From positions 1 through 41,294 of the forward strand of contig JBJESR010000172.1 in NCBI GenBank assembly GCA_051882895.1: a DNA stretch of 41,294 bases, read 5' to 3'. The stretch comes from Lentihominibacter sp. GTDB lineage: Bacteria > Bacillota > Clostridia > Peptostreptococcales > Anaerovoracaceae. A model generated the notes under the pieces. That model ran no database searches. It saw only the letters and a list, made by a program, of their open reading frames with translations, and had not been told where the DNA came from. Made by a program: the position numbers and the translations under genes. This document shows, piece after piece, positions 38,463-41,294 of the stretch (the stretch's first letter is position 1; each line of letters opens with the position of its first letter).

Positions 38463-40217
38463 ATGAATGCGGTTAAGCGAAATTGGATATGTGCAGTTTC
38501 TTTGATAATGTTGATGTTTACTATGTATTTATGCTGCAGCAGAGATACGGATGCATATGCGTCAGAAGAGGCTGTTCTGTCTGTATATCAGAGCAGTGAT
38601 CTGACAACTCCGGTAAGAACATTTGACTTGAATGAGCTTAAGGAGATTGCGGCACAAGAAGGTGGGAAAAAATATAATTACTCAGGTTATAACACATTCC
38701 CGTCCTTCAAAGAATGCATAAATGTAGAGGGGCCAACGTTAATCGGAATAATAAATGCATCAGGATTGAACTTGAATTCAGGTGAAACGGTAAAGATTTC
38801 GGATAAAAGCGGGTATTCGACAACATTGATTGCCGAGGAGCTCTCAGAGGACCGGTATTATTTCCCCAAGGGAAAAAATGGAACAGAAAATGGGAATGCA
38901 GCACCAGAGGAGTCTTATGAAGGAGCAGTCAAAGTTCCGGCAATAATTGACATAAGTGACGTCGGGCTGGAAGATAATGGTGTGCTGCGATTCGGTCAGG
39001 TTGCACCTAATGAACAGAATTTCCCGGGATTTGTTAAATATGTTCTTAACGATGGGAAAATAATAGTAGGTGGTAATGCGGAAAAATGCGAGTCGGTACA
39101 GAATATTACAGATAGCAACGGCAATCCGCTGGCAGATAATACAAGTGTTATCAAAGGCACCGAGCTTCATATCGAAGAACCGGAGAAGAATGTGAAGATT
39201 TATTATACATTAGATGGCAGTGAGCCTACTGATGGATCTCAGATATACAATTATTCTGAATATGTAGATATTAAATATCCGAAGCTGGATACTGCCGGTA
39301 GTATTATTTTAAAGGTAAAAACCGTAAAATACGGTAAGTACGATAGTGAAACAAGCACATTTATATATAATGTGGTATCAGAGGCAACACCTGTACCTGA
39401 AGAATTTAAAGCTGCAAGAGCAGGGTACAGCAGCATTAAGCTTACATGGAAAGCAGCTGGCAATATCGATTCATATAATATATACAGGAAAAGCAGCGGA
39501 GAAGCAGAATTTAAAAAAGTGGCAGAAATGGAGGCAGGAAGCACTTCGTATACTGATAAGGACCTGAAAACCGGCACGACGTACAGTTATAGGATCACTG
39601 CAGTGGCTTCAGGTCTGGAAAGTGATTTTTCAGCGACAGCCAGTGCTACACCGACAACAGCAGTACCCGGCTCATTCAAGGCTGCAAGAGCAGGATACAG
39701 CAGTATAAAACTTACATGGGATCCTGTAAGCGGTGCCAGCGGATACCGGATCTATCAGTATGATTCAAAAACCAGGACTTATAAACACAGGGAATATGTT
39801 ACCGGAGGAAAGTCAGAATCAACTGTTATCACAGGACTGAAAACCGGCACAAAATATTATTTTAAAATAAGATCATACAGGACTGTGGACGGAGAAAGGA
39901 AATACAGTGGCCTGTCATCCAGCCGATATGCTGTTACGTCACTTTCCACACCATCGATAAAGAAACTGACACCGGGAACAAAAAAAGTTACAGTAAGCTG
40001 GAATAAGATCAGCGGAGCACACGGATATAAGCTTTACAGGGCAACAAGCAGATCGGGCTCATACAAACTTGTGAAAACAACAAGTTCAACGTCATTTACA
40101 GACAGATCACTTAAAAAAGGCAAAAAATATTATTATAAGTTAAAAGCTTACCGAAAGGTTGACGGTAAATTAAAATACAGCAGCTATTCAGCTGTAAAGT
40201 ATACAACAGCAAAGTAA
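38463..40217 (+). CDS. Secreted/surface protein: sulfite-oxidase-like (Moco-binding-like) domain, chitobiase-like Ig domain and three FN3 repeats
   Basis: Signal peptide ending AYA; TFDLNELK..YNYSGYN..GPTL..GY..LRFGQ..FVKYV; IYYTLDGSEP; FN3 W..Y..L.Y patterns. Start ATG 38463 after AGGAGG. Confidence 0.75.
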   Translation: MNAVKRNWICAVSLIMLMFTMYLCCSRDTDAYASEEAVLSVYQSSDLTTPVRTFDLNELKEIAAQEGGKKYNYSGYNTFPSFKECINVEGPTLIGIINASGLNLNSGETVKISDKSGYSTTLIAEELSEDRYYFPKGKNGTENGNAAPEESYEGAVKVPAIIDISDVGLEDNGVLRFGQVAPNEQNFPGFVKYVLNDGKIIVGGNAEKCESVQNITDSNGNPLADNTSVIKGTELHIEEPEKNVKIYYTLDGSEPTDGSQIYNYSEYVDIKYPKLDTAGSIILKVKTVKYGKYDSETSTFIYNVVSEATPVPEEFKAARAGYSSIKLTWKAAGNIDSYNIYRKSSGEAEFKKVAEMEAGSTSYTDKDLKTGTTYSYRITAVASGLESDFSATASATPTTAVPGSFKAARAGYSSIKLTWDPVSGASGYRIYQYDSKTRTYKHREYVTGGKSESTVITGLKTGTKYYFKIRSYRTVDGERKYSGLSSSRYAVTSLSTPSIKKLTPGTKKVTVSWNKISGAHGYKLYRATSRSGSYKLVKTTSSTSFTDRSLKKGKKYYYKLKAYRKVDGKLKYSSYSAVKYTTAK

Positions 40218-41294
40218 AGTTAATGAAGAAAAGAAGTTAAGAAGGAGAGGTAAAGATGAGAACTAAACAGAACTTCAGGAAATCATTATTACATTGTTTT
40301 CTCGTGTTTCTGGCAGTGGCTGTCACTGTTACTATGACACCTGTGAACATGGACAGAGCATACGCTGAAACAGGAGAGCAGGAGACAGTATTGACTGTAA
40401 ATGATACAGGCTATACTAAAGAACAGGTGCTCCAGATGGAGAGTGTGGTAAAGAGCTATACATACACATCAAAGCAAGAAGAAAAAACAGATTATGTTAA
40501 GGGTGTGCTGCTGGAAGAACTTTTAAAGGATTTTGATAAAAGTCTTACAGTAGAATTCGGCAATGTGGACGGTTACACAATATCAAGACAGAATATGACT
40601 CTTCAGTCTCTGATTGACGGACAGGCTATCCTGGCTTACCAGTGCGGAACCGATGAATCGTCACTTGATGATGTCTATGATACATCAAAGGATTATCCTG
40701 ATAAATCCGGCTGCCTGAGACTCTATACTAATGACAATCAGAAGCCTGATAAGATGATAAACAGCATCAAGGTAACTGAATCAGGCAGCACGGATCCGGG
40801 AGAAGAACCAACAGCAGATCTTGTTATTAATGGCGATGCTGCAGCCGTTGAAAAAAGCTATACAATTGAAGAGTTAAAAGCTGATAGCGCTTTAGATAAG
40901 AAGCAGAACATCAAGTATTCCTGGACAAACAGAACAGGAACTAATGGTGAATCTGAAGTTACAGGTGTAACTGTAAAGAGCCTTATTGAAGCCATCGGAC
41001 TTAAAACTAATTATGCAGAGATTACTATTGTACCATCAGATGAAGAGAATTCGAGAACTTTTAATATCAGTGATATGTATGCTGCTGATATAGACAATAA
41101 TTATCCACTATTAGCATGGAAGGTTGATGGTGAAAAGAATGGCCTTACGCTGATAATCGGCAAGAAAACTCAAGATGATCAGAATAAGAGCAGCTGGATC
41201 AAAAACATTAAGAAAATAGAAATCAATATCAAAGACGGTAAATTAGCTGCACCTGCATCATTCAAAGCGGCACGAGCAGGATACAGCAGCATTA
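39405..41294 (+). repeat. FN3 module start shared within and between the two surface proteins
   Basis: FKAARAGYSSI(KLTW) is encoded at 39405, 39675 and 41261 (the last copy is cut by the window edge). Confidence 0.85.
40256..41294 (+). CDS. Secreted/surface protein with two tandem sulfite-oxidase-like domains and FN3 (runs off the right edge)
   Basis: Manual translation MRTKQNFRKSLLHCFLVFLAVAV...AYA. Domain 1: GVLLEELL..DGY..ILAY..LRL. Domain 2: LVING..YTIEELK..TGVTVKSLI..LLAWKVDG..WIKNIKKIEI. AAGGAGAGG RBS. Not in the ORF track. Confidence 0.8.
   Translation, partial: MRTKQNFRKSLLHCFLVFLAVAVTVTMTPVNMDRAYAETGEQETVLTVNDTGYTKEQVLQMESVVKSYTYTSKQEEKTDYVKGVLLEELLKDFDKSLTVEFGNVDGYTISRQNMTLQSLIDGQAILAYQCGTDESSLDDVYDTSKDYPDKSGCLRLYTNDNQKPDKMINSIKVTESGSTDPGEEPTADLVINGDAAAVEKSYTIEELKADSALDKKQNIKYSWTNRTGTNGESEVTGVTVKSLIEAIGLKTNYAEITIVPSDEENSRTFNISDMYAADIDNNYPLLAWKVDGEKNGLTLIIGKKTQDDQNKSSWIKNIKKIEINIKDGKLAAPASFKAARAGYSSI

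Overview
A mostly + strand, housekeeping-rich segment of an anaerobic clostridial (Firmicutes) chromosome. In order: a partial hypothetical gene; a SAM-I riboswitch ahead of metK, aspartate kinase and a membrane-anchored LuxR regulator; a TM2 protein; an NhaC-family transporter; corC-like, secA, prfB (with no programmed frameshift) and tex; a lone Na+-decarboxylase beta subunit; a HAD phosphatase and an acyl-CoA synthetase; a fab operon (fabH-K-D-G-F-Z) with a FabT-type operator, ending in a MarR/FabT domain fused to an apparently inactive FabK/FabX-like barrel; addB without addA; tRNA-Thr and tRNA-Ala; small accessory and cell-envelope genes; and cysE-cysS-mrnC-(thyA-folA)-rlmB-sigH. The window ends with a Moco-class riboswitch and two terminators ahead of two secreted FN3 proteins that carry sulfite-oxidase-like domains without the Mo-ligating Cys. 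The two strongest candidates for undescribed biology are this possible molybdenum/tungsten cofactor scavenging locus and the FabT-pseudoenzyme fusion. All family calls are by-eye motif recognition; no searches were run. No CRISPR array, IS element or prophage was seen.
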